Assembly: GCF_006345805.1 (NCBI RefSeq)
Contig: NC_043008.1
Span: 1,922,001 to 1,986,000, forward strand
Length of the DNA stretch: 64,000 nucleotides
Reading direction: 5' to 3'
DNA from: Octopus sinensis
Taxonomy: Eukaryota
The position numbers and the translations under genes were made by a program. Positions 1 to 15,084 of this stretch are shown here, piece after piece (the first letter of the stretch is position 1; each line of letters opens with the position of its first letter). A model generated the notes under the pieces. The model saw only the letters and a list, made by a program, of their open reading frames with translations. It was not told where the DNA came from and did not search any database.

Positions 1-45
1 GATAACCAAATATCATGTGTCGGGGTGTGTGAGAGGAATTCTTAC

Positions 46-99
46 CTTCGTTTCTGCCAATATGACTCTAACAGATGACCAGTTAGTAATCGCTTTCAT
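46..99 (-). CDS. Candidate first coding exon (MKAITNWSSVRVILAETK) of a gene running off the left edge
   Basis: Minus strand ATG at 99, 18 open codons, then a consensus donor AAG|GTAAGA (GT at 45-44); in-frame stop upstream of the ATG; promoter-like motifs just upstream. Product not recognised; could equally be a non-coding exon. Confidence 0.3.
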
Positions 100-191
100 T
101 ACGAACCGAAGTGTAGTTAAGCTGCTGGCCAGTCATTTGTGATTAAGTGTAGTTGCCTCCTACCATCTGAATCGTCTTCAAATCATTACCG

Positions 192-417
192 GTCACGTGC
201 CTCGATTATTTCATTGAAATATCGTTGGAATCAATAGTGTTCATTGGCCGGTTAATCATTATATGAAGAGTAAATTCTTGAGGTAATTGAACCTAAGTGT
301 ATCCAGCTTATATTACACGCTACCAATCCACCAGAATTGGACAAGAGACGCCATAACAATTTCAGACAATCCAAACTGGAGACTTTTACATAAGATGAAT
401 AATAATTTATTCTGACG
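192..417 (-). promoter_or_regulatory. Candidate TATA-less promoter (E-box plus CCAAT cluster)
   Basis: GTCACGTG at 192-199, GGCCAATGA on minus (ATTGG 243-247), CCAAT 323-327, ATTGG 336-340, TGACG 413-417; CpGs visibly frequent in 1-260. Motif-only evidence. Confidence 0.35.
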
Positions 418-520
418 CTACTAAGAGCAATAAACGGCTCTTCTTGAATATAAAAATGAATTTCTAGTGTGTACACAATAACGGAGAACAAACTCTTCGA
501 AATTGAATGTAATATGTAAG

Positions 521-552
<32 letters not shown>

Positions 553-2541
553 CAAAATAGGTGAAAGAATGCATATTCATGAATTGTATAGAGTGATTAT
601 TGTGCAGCATACTGTATGTTATAGTATTTCCGTCTCAAGAGAATGTAAAAAATGTACCGTTTTCAAAATATGCACGTATAGAAAGGAATATATACACATA
701 TATTCTCAATGTATACATGACTTGTATGTGTATAACACACATATATACATACATGTATACATACATGCATACAAACTCATATATACGTACATTTATACAC
801 GTGTATAAGTTTTTCTGCATGTATGCGTGCGTTTGTCTATGATGTGGGGGAATAAGAAAAGTAGTTTACTTTACTGTCGGCATATACCTGTTCAGGGGCG
901 TATGTAACTTTGTATGCACCGACTATTTTCAATACAATGCCATACGAAGAAATATGACAGAGATGGGTGTTTCCATAGACTAACCCCACATTTTAGTTTT
1001 GTCCTCTCATGGAAACCTATTATGGGGTTTTATTACTCTATTGTTCAGTCACTGAACTACGGTCATGCTACGATTCCGTTTCAGTATTTCCCAGAAATAT
1101 ACACTCACACGCAATCACATGAGCCTCATAAAAACATATTCAAATACAGAAAGGCAAGCCCAAACACAAGTATTTAATAGATATTCGATTACGTGCTGCC
1201 CCGATCATCAGACGGTCCACCGTACACTATGGCAATTTTGGTTTATAATGGAAGAAATTTATATTTAATATCTTGCTGATATTAAATAGTTATTGAATCG
1301 CAGTCAGCAATTCCCTCTGAGATGCAAGCATTCTTTTAGGACTGTTTAAATTCTTCTAAAGTAAGGATTATTAAGATAAAATATACGTTGAGTCAGACGA
1401 TGTTTATCGTCTCAGAAATCGTAGATATGTTATAGTTAGTTTTAACTATGTCACAATAATCTTCATTCTTTTTTTAACATTTAAATAAATCCCCCTTTTT
1501 GATTTGTGTGAATCTATTTACACATTACCATGTGTTAACCGTAATGGAAATACATCTTTACATATTTGTGGCCTCTTCAACTGCTAAGTTTATAATCATC
1601 CTATTCGCTAAAGTTCTTTAGGGGCACTCTAAGTATAATATATAGACATAAGTTATTTTACAGCAATCTCTATTTTTAACTATATTAACCGAGGCTTTCT
1701 AAATTATAATTATAATAGGACTTTCCAAAACTTTATCCCCTAATTCGCTTCTCGAAGACGCATGGATATAATCTTCGATGAAACTAAATAGAAACGCGTG
1801 CCTTCTATGAATATATATATAAAACGTAAAAGCGACATGAAGGAATATTAATTTTTACATACAAAAATAATACTTAAAAGTGACTTACACAATCTAACCT
1901 AAGGCACAAGCCAACTTCTTATGTACAAAATATTTAAAGAGATAAGATTTACAAAGCCCAAATCATTTAGATGTATGGTTGCTGAATCAGGAATAAACTT
2001 GATGTTAAATAGCAGCGAAGAATCTAATTTGAAATGATGTAACAAAATCCAAAAGATTTCATAACGTACTTAAGAATTGGAATACTATTATAATTTCCAT
2101 GATTATAGTAGCTTTCACGTTTATATCAATGAATTCTATAATAAATATAAGAATTCCATAAAACATACGTTGCGAAATATAAAAGAAAAGAACGATGTGT
2201 AAATTATATTATGCGGTACAGGTGAACTGGGGGTATAATTCCCCTGTTCATTTTCGTTGCTCAATTCGTTAACATATATCTCGAAACTTGTGGCGATTTT
2301 CATTATTTCCTTTGACCTTTGTGCTGAAGCAATATAGTCCCTCATTTCCTCTATGTAACAGTAGATGAATAATATCTAGCGTAACACAGTCATTCAATCA
2401 TGTACAAATCATATCATGCAGAGAATAATGTTGAAATGAACTACAAGTTAATAGAGCGCTGGAGCACTCTGGGGATAGAATGACAATAAAGCGAGCAATG
2501 AAGTGAACATGGCAATATCGCTCTCTCTCTCTCTCTTACAC

Positions 2542-2542
<1 letters not shown>

Positions 2543-2632
<90 letters not shown>

Positions 2633-2637
2633 GTCTG

Positions 2638-2674
<37 letters not shown>

Positions 2675-2761
2675 ATATCTATCTATCTATCTATTTATCT
2701 ATCTATCTACCTGTCTGTCTGTCTATCTATCAATCAATCTATCTATCTATCTATCTATCTA

Positions 2762-2800
<39 letters not shown>
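2543..2800. repeat. (TATC)n then (TA)n microsatellite
   Basis: Direct reading; representative of dozens of TA/CA/TATC arrays across the window. Confidence 0.97.
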
Positions 2801-2802
<2 letters not shown>

Positions 2803-2961
2803 AGAGAGAGAGATATATATATATAGATATATATATATATAAATGAGTATATATACATATATACAAAATATATATACTTGTGTATATATATGTGAGTGTG
2901 CGTTTGTGCGTGGTTATATAAGTATATGCATGTATGTGTGTGTATGTATGTATATATATAT

Positions 2962-2995
<34 letters not shown>

Positions 2996-3509
2996 CACAT
3001 ATTGATAGATAAATACATACATACAAATATAGACACTGATATATGTATTTGCAGGTATCTATATCGAAATGAAGGTGAAGCGTTGAGAGATGAGAAGGAA
3101 GAGGAGTGACACAATGCGATTGAAAGGAGAAAAGGAAAAAATAATATTTTATGATATTGACCCTAACCTATAAGTTTCCAGCCATTGCAATTTAGTCCTG
3201 GGTTCACGAACATGAGTTCAGTCTTTTTAATATTCTCCGTATGGATCACTTACTTACGGAGAGATCTTTTTCGTAGCTGCCGTATGTATGGAAAGTAATT
3301 TCCTGTTCTATTTATTTTAGTTATTATTTCATTTGCTCATACCTAGCATATGCTTCTGTTCGCTCTACGCGGACCGAGAGAGGATAGTGGGTAGATACAC
3401 ATTAAACATACACGCACACCTGTGTTGGACGGTATGTAAAATGAGTGTGGAAAAGGCATGCATATGATCGTACATACTTATAGCAACACACACACACACA
3501 CATACACAA

Positions 3510-3541
<32 letters not shown>

Positions 3542-3593
3542 TATATTATATATATATATATACATACATATCTATATATGTATGCATATATGA

Positions 3594-3625
<32 letters not shown>

Positions 3626-3671
3626 GTAATATATGTATGTATATTTATATACATGCATGTACATATATCTG

Positions 3672-3717
<46 letters not shown>

Positions 3718-6046
3718 GTGTGTGTGTGTGTGTGTGTTGTGTGTGTGTGTGTGTGTGTGTATTCCCTTTAATATGGATTTCAGTTCACGCTGTGCAGATA
3801 CATACACATGTATATCGACAACAGTATCTAAATATCACTCACTCTAGTTTATGCTCTCGGTAATATCTGTTTAGTTTGTTGTATTCTATCCTCTTGAGCT
3901 ATATACTTGCTGTGCGATCACTTATTGCTTAGGAAAATATTCGAAGCTTTATAGATAATTTATTGCAGAAAATACATGCCTGGAAGAAAAATATTTGCTG
4001 TCATTAGGTTTAAGTATTTCCTGAAACTGAAGTAATGAAACACGTATTTCTGCCGAAATTTAGACCTCGAGCCACACCCCATACGACAACTTTTAATAAC
4101 GAATTTATTTTTAATGAAATCACAAATAAATTGTTTATAAATGAAATGATATATTAGCACTTGTATTTCTGGATTTATCCGGAAATACAATGTGTGTAGC
4201 GTGTTTGTTAAACATTAGTGTCTGAATGAAAATTTATGTAAAGTAACCTAGAAGGAATTATATCTTTAAAAACTGATGTGATTTTCGAAGTTGGAACGTT
4301 TACGATGGAGTGTCTCATGTGATATGAATTATTTGCAATAAACAGTGAATATAAAATATAAAGTATGTTCTAAATTCCAGTGGCTTCCTCGGTGAATGTT
4401 AAAAAATATCACCTATATTGATATAAGAAGTATGAGTTTTCTGAAACGAGTAAAAATGCCGCTAATAGAATCAATTTTGAGATTAAAATTAAACTCTACG
4501 ATGTGTAATAACATTGAAACTATTCTGAACATTAGACGCTTTACTTGTAACGATATTTGAGGAATATTTACTAGACAACATGGATAGCGTTTGTTCTGCT
4601 TGCTCGCACATATCCTTCGTAATCAGTCGAATGTTTTGGTTTACATGTAGCGTAGAGTGGCTCCTCACATCGCAATATCAGAGATTTCTGCCAAATTACT
4701 TTCGTCAAAACCATTTCAAATACATTTTCTCCGATATTAAATTTCTCGAAATATACAAGTGGATGTTAAAAAAGTAGTCTAGCAACATCACTTTTGGTTG
4801 TTTTCGTTCTGATTTAAAATCTGATTCGGTCAACATTGTGTTTTTTCGTTCATCTCCTGCCTATAAAACAGAATATGAGAGAAATACCGATGGAAAGGAC
4901 ATTGACTAATCTTGTAACCTCGAATATCTCCATTTGTTCCTAAATCAGCAATTAATTGTTGGCCACAGAAGATTGAATATGAATCCTAGATTATTCTAAT
5001 GAACATCACAAGGAAGACTGTGTTGAACATCAATTGATAGAAATAGCAACATTTTCCCATATAAGCGGATCAATTAATTCTGATTTGATTCAACATATTC
5101 CCCTCTGCGATTCACACACCTATTGCAAGGTTACTTCAGTTTTTCTAAACCCTGTAAAATTACGCAGAAATTTAGGCCACCAACGAGGCCTTTCGCGATA
5201 CCCTTAAATCCAGGAACTTTTATACACCTCTTCATACAGCAGATTTCTGTTATTATATTACCGTGAGTTTGTATCTCTCACCCTCATTTTTCTCGTCCTG
5301 TTTGTGTATGTGTGAGTCTGTGTGTATGGTAGTGTGTGAAATATTTGCGTGGGTGACTAATGAAAAGAGACGTCCAAATGTAAATGTATTGGATGGAACG
5401 GAGATAGCTTTTAGATTTAATACGGTGTATGATCATAGATTTCTAAGTGGAAATATAGATATTTGCCTTGGGACGACTATAAATTTCACTAAAGTCCCGA
5501 TTGTTCGCCTGTGTTATATTTGTTGTCGACTATCTGACAAAATTCTGAAAAAATTCTGGAATATATTGAAAAATTAAACTACACATGATTTTGGTTACAT
5601 CGATTCAAAATCGTTGAGAACCTGTTTTGATATACATTAATTAAATTGAGAATCACGTGAAAGTATTTCCCGTGTTACAATAAAAGTTGTAGATTGATGG
5701 GGCATGTTTAATATTGCTTTGGCAGTGAACGAATGAAATATTTGTAAGTCTCATGAAACGTCTAAATGCCAACGAATCACATAGCGAATGTCAAAAACTA
5801 ACGCAACATCACTAATTCTTAAACAAATATTGCCTTTATGAAAACGATTAGAGTTATTGATTTTCCAGTGAATTATACTTCATTCCTAAATTTCAAGTCT
5901 TAAATTCCACATAATTCCCAATGGAGAACTGTGGTATATCATTCTTATCTTTCAAATTCATTCTTCGACGTGTGGCATATTTCTTCTGCAGTATCATATC
6001 TCCATAATACTCCATCGGAGACTTTATCTTACTTTCGCAACGGGAA

Positions 6047-6093
6047 TATTATTATTATTGTTGTTGTTGTTGTTGTTATTATTATTGTTGTTG

Positions 6094-6165
<72 letters not shown>

Positions 6166-6201
6166 CATTATTATTATTATCATTATTATTATTATTATTA
6201 T
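6047..6201. repeat. (ATT/GTT)n trinucleotide array
   Basis: Direct reading; source of the poly-I/V/L ORF 5931-6233. Confidence 0.97.
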
Positions 6202-6650
6202 TGACGTATAAATATATGCGGTTGCACTTATAGTAAAATATTCTTTTTCGTAGGAGGTACTATATTGTTTGTGAATTCTTCTTGTTACAGTTATCTGTTT
6301 TAGTATTTGTCATTTTTTCTGCCATATTTCCGGAAGCTGGCGCCAGGTGATTTACTGTGCAAAAATAAATATACGCGTATAGTAAAAAAGCAAGCAAATA
6401 TAAAACATGTTATCTACAGCATTTTTGCTAGTGACTATTTTGTCGTCAGCATTTAGAAAACTGAAATCATGCGATTACTTGAAAGAATATTTTCGAAGTA
6501 TGTAACATGATTACCAGCTGTTTCGACTCGTGTTACTGCCTCAGGTCAATCACACAGTTACGAACATAGACAAAGCACGAACTGGGACCTACATATGTAT
6601 CTGTCTATCTATCTATCTATTCCTCTCTGTCATATATATATATATATATA

Positions 6651-6699
<49 letters not shown>

Positions 6700-9156
6700 A
6701 TATGCATGTATGTGTGTATGCGCGCTTGTGTGCGTGCGCTTGTGTGCATGTGTATACATAGATAATTCTACTTATATTTATGTACACGCATACACATACA
6801 TACACATACTTATACAGAGTGAAATATATAATAATGATTGTCGTGCATGCGTGTCGCTTGTTGGTTGCATGTTGTGTTGCTTACAAGCAGAGAATTGGTC
6901 ATATATTTGCGTGAAAGCGTGTAGGTGGTTGTTCGTATGTGCATTATTGTTAGTCAACTATGTGTTCATAAACATAACATTAAAAATTGTCGTTTTTCGC
7001 AGATAAACAAACAGTTAGAAAGTTATTGACAATTTAGAAAAATATTTAAGTAAACAGTCTACGAAGAATAGTAAGACTATTAAAAGAAGTTATTCTAATA
7101 TCGTATACTATTTCAATTAGTCATCAATAAATGGGTGAAAACAAGACCCTGCAAAAAAAATGTTTGAATCGTTTTCATTGAAACTTTCATTACAGTCACT
7201 TCGCGAGATAAACATTTCTATACGCCATTTGCAGTTAAGTTAGTATAAGACATCCTATATAGTAATTTTTAGTTTCATTTATAAGAGCTTCTAGAACATA
7301 TGGAGGTTATATGTAAATCCGAAATATATACAAACAAATAGCCAGATGTAAGAACCTAAAATTATAAAGAAATAAGGAAAAAAAAAAAACAGATATGCAT
7401 GTGGTAAGATTGGAAGTATAAAAAGACGATGAAAAATAAATAAACGCTCACATATTCACGAAATTATGTTAGGGAAAATGGAAAGTGGGAATGCTCACTT
7501 CTATTTTTAACATTTTTAAATTTGCTTCAATTGAAGGATCTGATTTTTAAGTAGAGTGCCAAGCTCCATCTAGATAACAACATAAATGTTTACATTATAT
7601 GTTGCATGATTTTACTGTTGCACTTTACAGATGGTATTTGTAATGTTCATTTTTTTTGGTTTTTGTTTTGGATTTTTTAAAACGCTAGTTTAAATAGGTT
7701 GTCAATATTTAATCACAAAGTCATGCGCTCTAGTTAATTTTGGTGTAAACATGACTTCATAAATTACTTAGAGAAGCTGGAGTTTCGAAAGCAACTTTCC
7801 GTGGTTATTTTCATTTCTCTTGAGTTTATATTTCACATTCACATCAGCAGGACAGCTAACCTCTGTACATACGTTTCCTTTGCAGCTCCGCGCAGCATTA
7901 TGTGTTTGCGTTTGGTAGAAATTTTGATTGTAATTCTTTCTATATTTATTAACGAAAAGTTAATTTTCGGATTAGATGCTATGTCGCTTTCGCAACGAAT
8001 TGAAATTGCATAGGGATGTACGTTTTCATGTTATTTGTGGGAAGTTGCTCATCACATGTATGATGTTTTTCACGGAAACATTTCATAATCCATATTCTCC
8101 GAGGCATCTTGTTTCTCTAAAGTTTTCCCGCTTCTCTTGTTGCTTATTTTGGGACAATCATCTGTCCATGTACTGCAACGCATATTTTACAAAGTGTTAT
8201 GTGATGGGACGGTTATCGTTTCAAGAGCGATTGAACTCAGGTCCATTTGAATTTATGCATGAATTCTAAAGGTTCTCGTCAACACTAAAACATTTAAAAA
8301 TAGTAAACTTAAAATAAATTTAATCAACACAACTAGAGAAAATTTACTTATTGATCCCGATATGGTTAAATGTAAATGTGCACATTTTTAAAATTGTAGG
8401 GGTATTTTGTCGAATATGTCAACAACTTCGCACGTATAATTCTCGGAAAATCTTTGACGTTGAGGAAAATATGAAACCATTAAAACTGAATTCTCGTAAC
8501 ATATTTACACGTTCAAATATGACATACACGAATGAGGAGGACTGTAGCAACTCAGCCATATATTTAAAAGTCATAGGAATATAATATACACATTTATAGC
8601 GAAGATTCATAAATAGTGTAAAATCGTGTATTCTCGACAGTTGGAAAGAGCAATATCCAAAAGAGCATTTCTCAAAACACGTGTTAGTTAAGTCTTCGTA
8701 TACATAAACGCATAAGAAACTCACTAAATAAGAACATAACGAATATAATGAGAATGGCATCGGGATGCTAGCTTGAATCGACACGCTTTTGTTTCCTTCC
8801 ACTCATTCCACATTTCAAAAATCTGATGTAATTTGTAAGAACATAAGATATGTAGTAGCATGCTATAAACTTGACACCTACATATGGTTATCTTAAAAAA
8901 TCTGAGTTTAGCGATGAAGCGATATATTTTGTTTTTATTTAATAAATACATTCAGCATCTAATATTACTTCAACGTTTCAAGAGATATGTAAAAGAAAAC
9001 GACCAACATGTCCTGCCAGATAGAAAGCCAATCATGAACAAGTATTTCAATACGCAGGTACTATCGTATGATTAGCACATACACACACGCGTGAGAACAC
9101 CTGCATACAGGCACAGAGACACGCACAGGCACAGGCACACACACGCACACACACAC

Positions 9157-9242
<86 letters not shown>

Positions 9243-9246
9243 ATAT

Positions 9247-9303
<57 letters not shown>

Positions 9304-10505
9304 ATATTATATATATATATATATAATTCCATGCTTCTGGTTGTATCAAGAAAGTTTATGTTTAAAATTGAATTTTTCCATAATTTCAGTGGTAGGCGAA
9401 CAGTGCTATTCATAAAAAATTAACGCAGAGTGAAACAATTATACGTATTCATTTCTGATGAAGTATACGGTGAAAGAGTATTCTATATCTAATATTGCAT
9501 GACAAGGTATTTCTGGTGAAATTGAAAGCTGCCGTGTAAAACACGACAACGAAGTATTCAAGAAGTTTATAAGATGCATATCTGTCAGATCTCTCTTTTT
9601 TTTATATATTAAACATGGTGTCAAATATATACTTCTAAAGATTTTCCTTACTTTACGGGTAATATAATTGTATACATATATTCGCTTTAAATTTGCATGT
9701 ATATAATACGAAACTATATTTATGCTCGATACGATCTACGAGACACATGATTATGCAGTTGCTAAATATGGATTTAATTAAGAGATAATTAGATTTACCT
9801 CGTCAATATAACAGAAAAAATAATCGAATCCTTTAGATATAACAATAGCGTTATAGTTTATGGGGCGTTCAGAATAAATAGCTCCAGAAGCAGTTGCTAC
9901 TTAGAGTCAACGGAAAGTACTGAGATGAGGTTATGTGTATGTAAAATAGATGTATTGAATCACATTTGTATAAATGGAAAAAGAAGAATATTTCACATAT
10001 TTTAAGTAATGTACTTCCGGATTAGAAAAGAAGAGAAAGCAAACTCTGGAGCACGTGGAAGAATCTCTGTAAAGAAATATTTACAATGATTCTGAGAGTA
10101 CTCTATGCTAGTGCGCAGTTTATGATCAGCTATATCAAGCAGTATATTGAATAGGGTACACGTATGACACGCGAAACCTTACGTTCCTGGTTACAATGGA
10201 CTCAAATTATACTGTGGTACATCAGTCCATCTATGCGCCGGGGAAAGGCAATTAATATTTGAAATCTTCGTTGAGATTGAAACATAAGGAAATCAACGGT
10301 TATGGATTACGTATATTTGTAGTTCTCGTAAGTATCGCGTATGCGTAAAATAGAATGTGACATATACCTCCTGTGAGTTTCTGGCAGCATCATGACAATA
10401 TTGCCCTCGTGTGTAGAGATTTATATTTCTCTGTTGAGTACGATAACTTATACATTCGTCATGGAAATTGAAAACAAAAATCCTGGTGATATACGTCAGC
10501 AGCAA

Positions 10506-10577
<72 letters not shown>

Positions 10578-11241
10578 AAACTTAGATAAAAGGTAGATCT
10601 ACATATATATATATTAATATATATATATATATATATAAGAGTAACAGAACTCACAGTGAGAAGTTGTAAATTTGAAAGCATTAATAATATGTAGACTTAT
10701 ATTTCTTGGCATATATTCACAGATACATGTTTATGTATTAAAGCATGTGAGTATATATATATATATATATATATAATTTTAATCCAAAAGGGAAATATAT
10801 ATATATATATATATATATGTATTTATATAATTATATATACATGCATATATGTATATGTAGATATAATGTGTATCTACATATATGCATGTATATACATATA
10901 TGTGTGTGTGTATGTGTGTGTTTATCAGCAGGTGTTGCTTATCTGTGTGTGCGTGTGTGTGTCTATAAATATGCGGAGAGGAACATATTGTGCAATGTTT
11001 GCACTGTGCTGGGTGAATGCCTACGCGTGTCTTACAAGTTTTGGGAGATTGTATATTTTGCTGGCTTTACAAATTAATATACTCTGCAGTTGCAACTACA
11101 ACTGAGAAATATCTTCGTATAGAAGAGTGTCTGGAAGATATTTACAACTGAAGCAATATAGATCCATCTTTATTGACTAAGAAAGGATTTGGACATAAAG
11201 TAATAAACTATACAAACGTGTGAATTACTAGCACACATACA

Positions 11242-11322
<81 letters not shown>

Positions 11323-11642
11323 GTATATATATATACATACATACATGTATATCTATGTCTGTATATATATATATGGAGAGAGAGAGAGAGAGAAAGAGAG
11401 AGACAGACAAACATATAGATTGAAGATACATAGGAAAGGGATGGAGAGTGAGATATACGTATATATATATATATATATAGATATATAGATAGATAGATAG
11501 TAGATAGATAGATAGATATATAGATAGATAGATAGATAGATATATAGATAGATAGATAGATAGATTGATAGATAGATAGATAGATAGATATAGATATATA
11601 TATATTTGTGTGTGTGCGTGTGTGTGCAAGCCTGCATGTGCA

Positions 11643-12735
11643 TGAGAGGGTGGGTGAAACGTCCATAGGGTGATTGTAAAAGAATGATGCTAGAACTTTG
11701 AAATCATGTATCCATAAATTTCAATTCCTCCACTTAACGTCTGATTTGTTTCTTTTTAAGTAAACTGGCATGTGATTGTTCAAAGATTCAGATATAACTA
11801 GTATCAATTTCTCTTGGAAATGGGCAAAATATGGCTATTTACATATTTTTCATTATGTACCTGCAGAAAAAAGTGTTTAGCATCACAAGACGTTCATGGT
11901 AACAGGTTGGCTGCATTAAGATATGACGCTACAGGTTTATCAACAATGCAAATGTGGGGGCAGAAGTTTTGAGAGGAATGCAGATTCTTAAAGATGACCC
12001 AAAGTTAACATTCATCGTGTTCGTCATATGAAGATGGATGAAAGGTGACTGATAGCAAATGGAATCGCCAATGCTATTAGCATAACCAAGGAGAGAGTAG
12101 AAAATAAATTGCAAAATGTGCATAGCATGATGACGGGTTGTGCTCAGTGAGTGCCACGTCTACTGACAACTGGTGAAAGAGGAAACAATCCATGCATTGG
12201 ACACTCCACTCCTCGCCTACTCTAAAGAAAGCTAAGGTGGTTTCATGTGTAGGGAAGTTGATGGCCTAAGTTTCTCTTTATGTTTATTTTCAAAAAGCCC
12301 ACACCTTCAATGCGGAGTATTATGCCAACGCGCTGAGGAAGGTATGCAAATCTGTAAGGCCACCCACCCAGGAAAACTGACGAAATCTGTCATGTTTCAT
12401 CAGGACAGGACTCCAGCATAGTTTCCTAGGTTTCAACGGTTGTTGTGCCTGACTTTGTCCTTGCCCTGTTTGATCAAACTACTATTCTCCTGATTTGCTC
12501 ATACGTCACCATCATTTATTCTCCAACAAGAATAAAAAAAAACACAGCAAAGAACACTTGGCTGGGAAGCAGTGTTGTTGTTATGAGGACATGGTGTCTG
12601 ATGTTGATTAGACTTTTTCGACAACAGGATGAACGGATATTCACCATCGGAAAATGAGCTGAAAAATAAACCACATTGGTTTACATTCCTTGCAAGTGTC
12701 GTGGGGCATCTTCGAACTTTTCAGCCGAACTAAAA
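11643..12735 (+). mobile_element. Highly degenerate mariner element (irritans/Hsmar2-like)
   Basis: Broken translation gives *VPRLLT (WVPRxL motif), QSMHW..SPTLKKAKVVSCVGKLMA, EYYANAL, FHQD and YSPDL..HHLFS; GAACTTTTCAGC at about 12716-12727 resembles a right TIR. Many stops and frameshifts. Confidence 0.75.
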
Positions 12736-13934
12736 TATAAATGTGTGTGTGCGTGTGCGTGTGCGTGTGCAAGTGTGTGTATGCGTGTTTGTATGCGCGT
12801 GGGTACATGTGTGTACGTGTATGCATGTGTGTGTGCGCGTGTGCGTATATATATATATATATATATATAAAGAACTGACTAGCGTGGAAAGAGAAACGTA
12901 GTAAAACCCACACACGTTATTTTCGTATCTTGAGTTTCTTCCATTATACAGCATTATTAATTTCTATGACTATAAGTGTTCTCAATTCTTGGCGCACTTT
13001 AGTCTGACTTGGCGTAATTTTCTGCTATCGATATTGTTTCTTTAACATATCAGTATTAATATATACGAAATTAAGTATGATTTTCATGAATGCATCACCA
13101 TCAGCTTCCTATATATTATTGGAAATCTTCCTTCCCAAAAACTGTTAGAAATATTGCTGTGACATTCTTCATGGGTCAAATAATAGACTCGTGCTGAAGC
13201 AATGCAGTGCATCAATTTATCGTTGAACTATTGGCCTTCAGTTAATATAGCTGTATTTTCTGTTTGCAATTCCATTCGAAAGATCCCTCCACTGGTGCAT
13301 CTCACCACTGACCTAGTCATTGTTCGAATTAGTATCTGAAGTTGTTATGTTTCCTACAGCATAATAGTTCATGGCTGCATTTAATTACTTTGAAATGACT
13401 ATTTTATTTGAGACACACGGTGTAGTATAAGAAATATAATATCAATCAATGTCGACGTATATATCTTTATCCCTGTTTTTATTCCGGTTTATAAAAACAA
13501 ATACTAACACACGTACACACGCGTACACACGCGCACACACATACGCATATACACATATACACACGTCTGTGTGGAGGTGTGTATTTATTATACTTATATT
13601 ATACACACACACACACAATTTCTATTAATTACTTACGTATTTTGTACGTGAGTACATAAGGATTTTCATCAAACATACTGTATTCACCTATCTTTCTAAA
13701 TATTCATCATATTGCACCATGAGCGTTGGTTCGTCTGAATGCCCCCGCGACGTTCAAAAACGAATATAAAGTGTGTCAGTACAACGTAACATTGAATTAA
13801 GCATTATTAACATTATTAAAATAAAATAAAATAACATAAAAGCTAAATTTGCTAGCCACTTTATTATTATCATTTTTTTAATGGTAATAACACATTAAAA
13901 TTTATGTTGTACTGACTGACTCTGTGTTCGTTTT

Positions 13935-13980
<46 letters not shown>

Positions 13981-14624
13981 AATATATATATATATATATA
14001 TATATGTAATATGGAAAAGTCAATAAACGAAGATGGAGAAACAAAATTAGAAAGTTACTTGATTTGTATTATTTGTATCACATTTGGGAAACTGATGCAA
14101 ATTAAAACATGAAAAGGTATACATATAAGATTATAAAAGGAAACGCCTCAACCAGCAGACTTACATTAAAATATCAAAAAAAATTATATTATTATAATTA
14201 TTGATGATTCTTAAATACTGTTATATTGATGCATACATATGTAGAATGCCTTCTTTCATTTTATATTATTGGCTTATCCTGTGGGTTGAGGCGGTTCCTT
14301 TTATACTATTATGGGTATATTTTTTTCACCTTTTAAATTGCATTACTTTTCCGATAATAATACTAATAATACGAAATAGGATCTTATTTTTTCTCTTCCA
14401 TTTTCGTTTATCGACATTTTAATTCTATGAGATGGTTTATACATATAAATATTGAGGATCTTCCTATAAATATATTTGGTTAAACGCAGTTTGCATCGGG
14501 ATTGCATTTAACAATCCATTACGTGTATATAGCTTCCGCAAATTCTGTTTATATATATATATTTAATATAATATAATAGTACATTATATTTATATACATA
14601 TATATAATATATACATATTATATA

Positions 14625-14678
<54 letters not shown>

Positions 14679-14861
14679 GGATATATATATATATATATGC
14701 CATATGTATATATACATATTATATATATAATTTCAACAATTTCAACAATTTCAACAAAGGAGAGAGAGAGAGCAATATATATATTATATATAATACATAT
14801 ATAATATATATATATATTATATAATATATATATATTATATAATATATATATATATACATGT

Positions 14862-14894
<33 letters not shown>

Positions 14895-15001
14895 CAAATA
14901 CATAAATACGTATATGTAGGTACATATATATATATATATATACATACATATACGTTTATGTATTTGTATATAGGTATATGTATATATATATATATATATA
15001 A

Positions 15002-15044
<43 letters not shown>

Positions 15045-15084
15045 ATATAATATATATTATGTATATATATATATATATATGTGT

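Noticed and set aside
86-100. 15-bp match GTAATCGCTTTCATT with about 59151-59165
   Set aside because: Flanks are unrelated; exact 15-mers are expected by chance at this size and composition.
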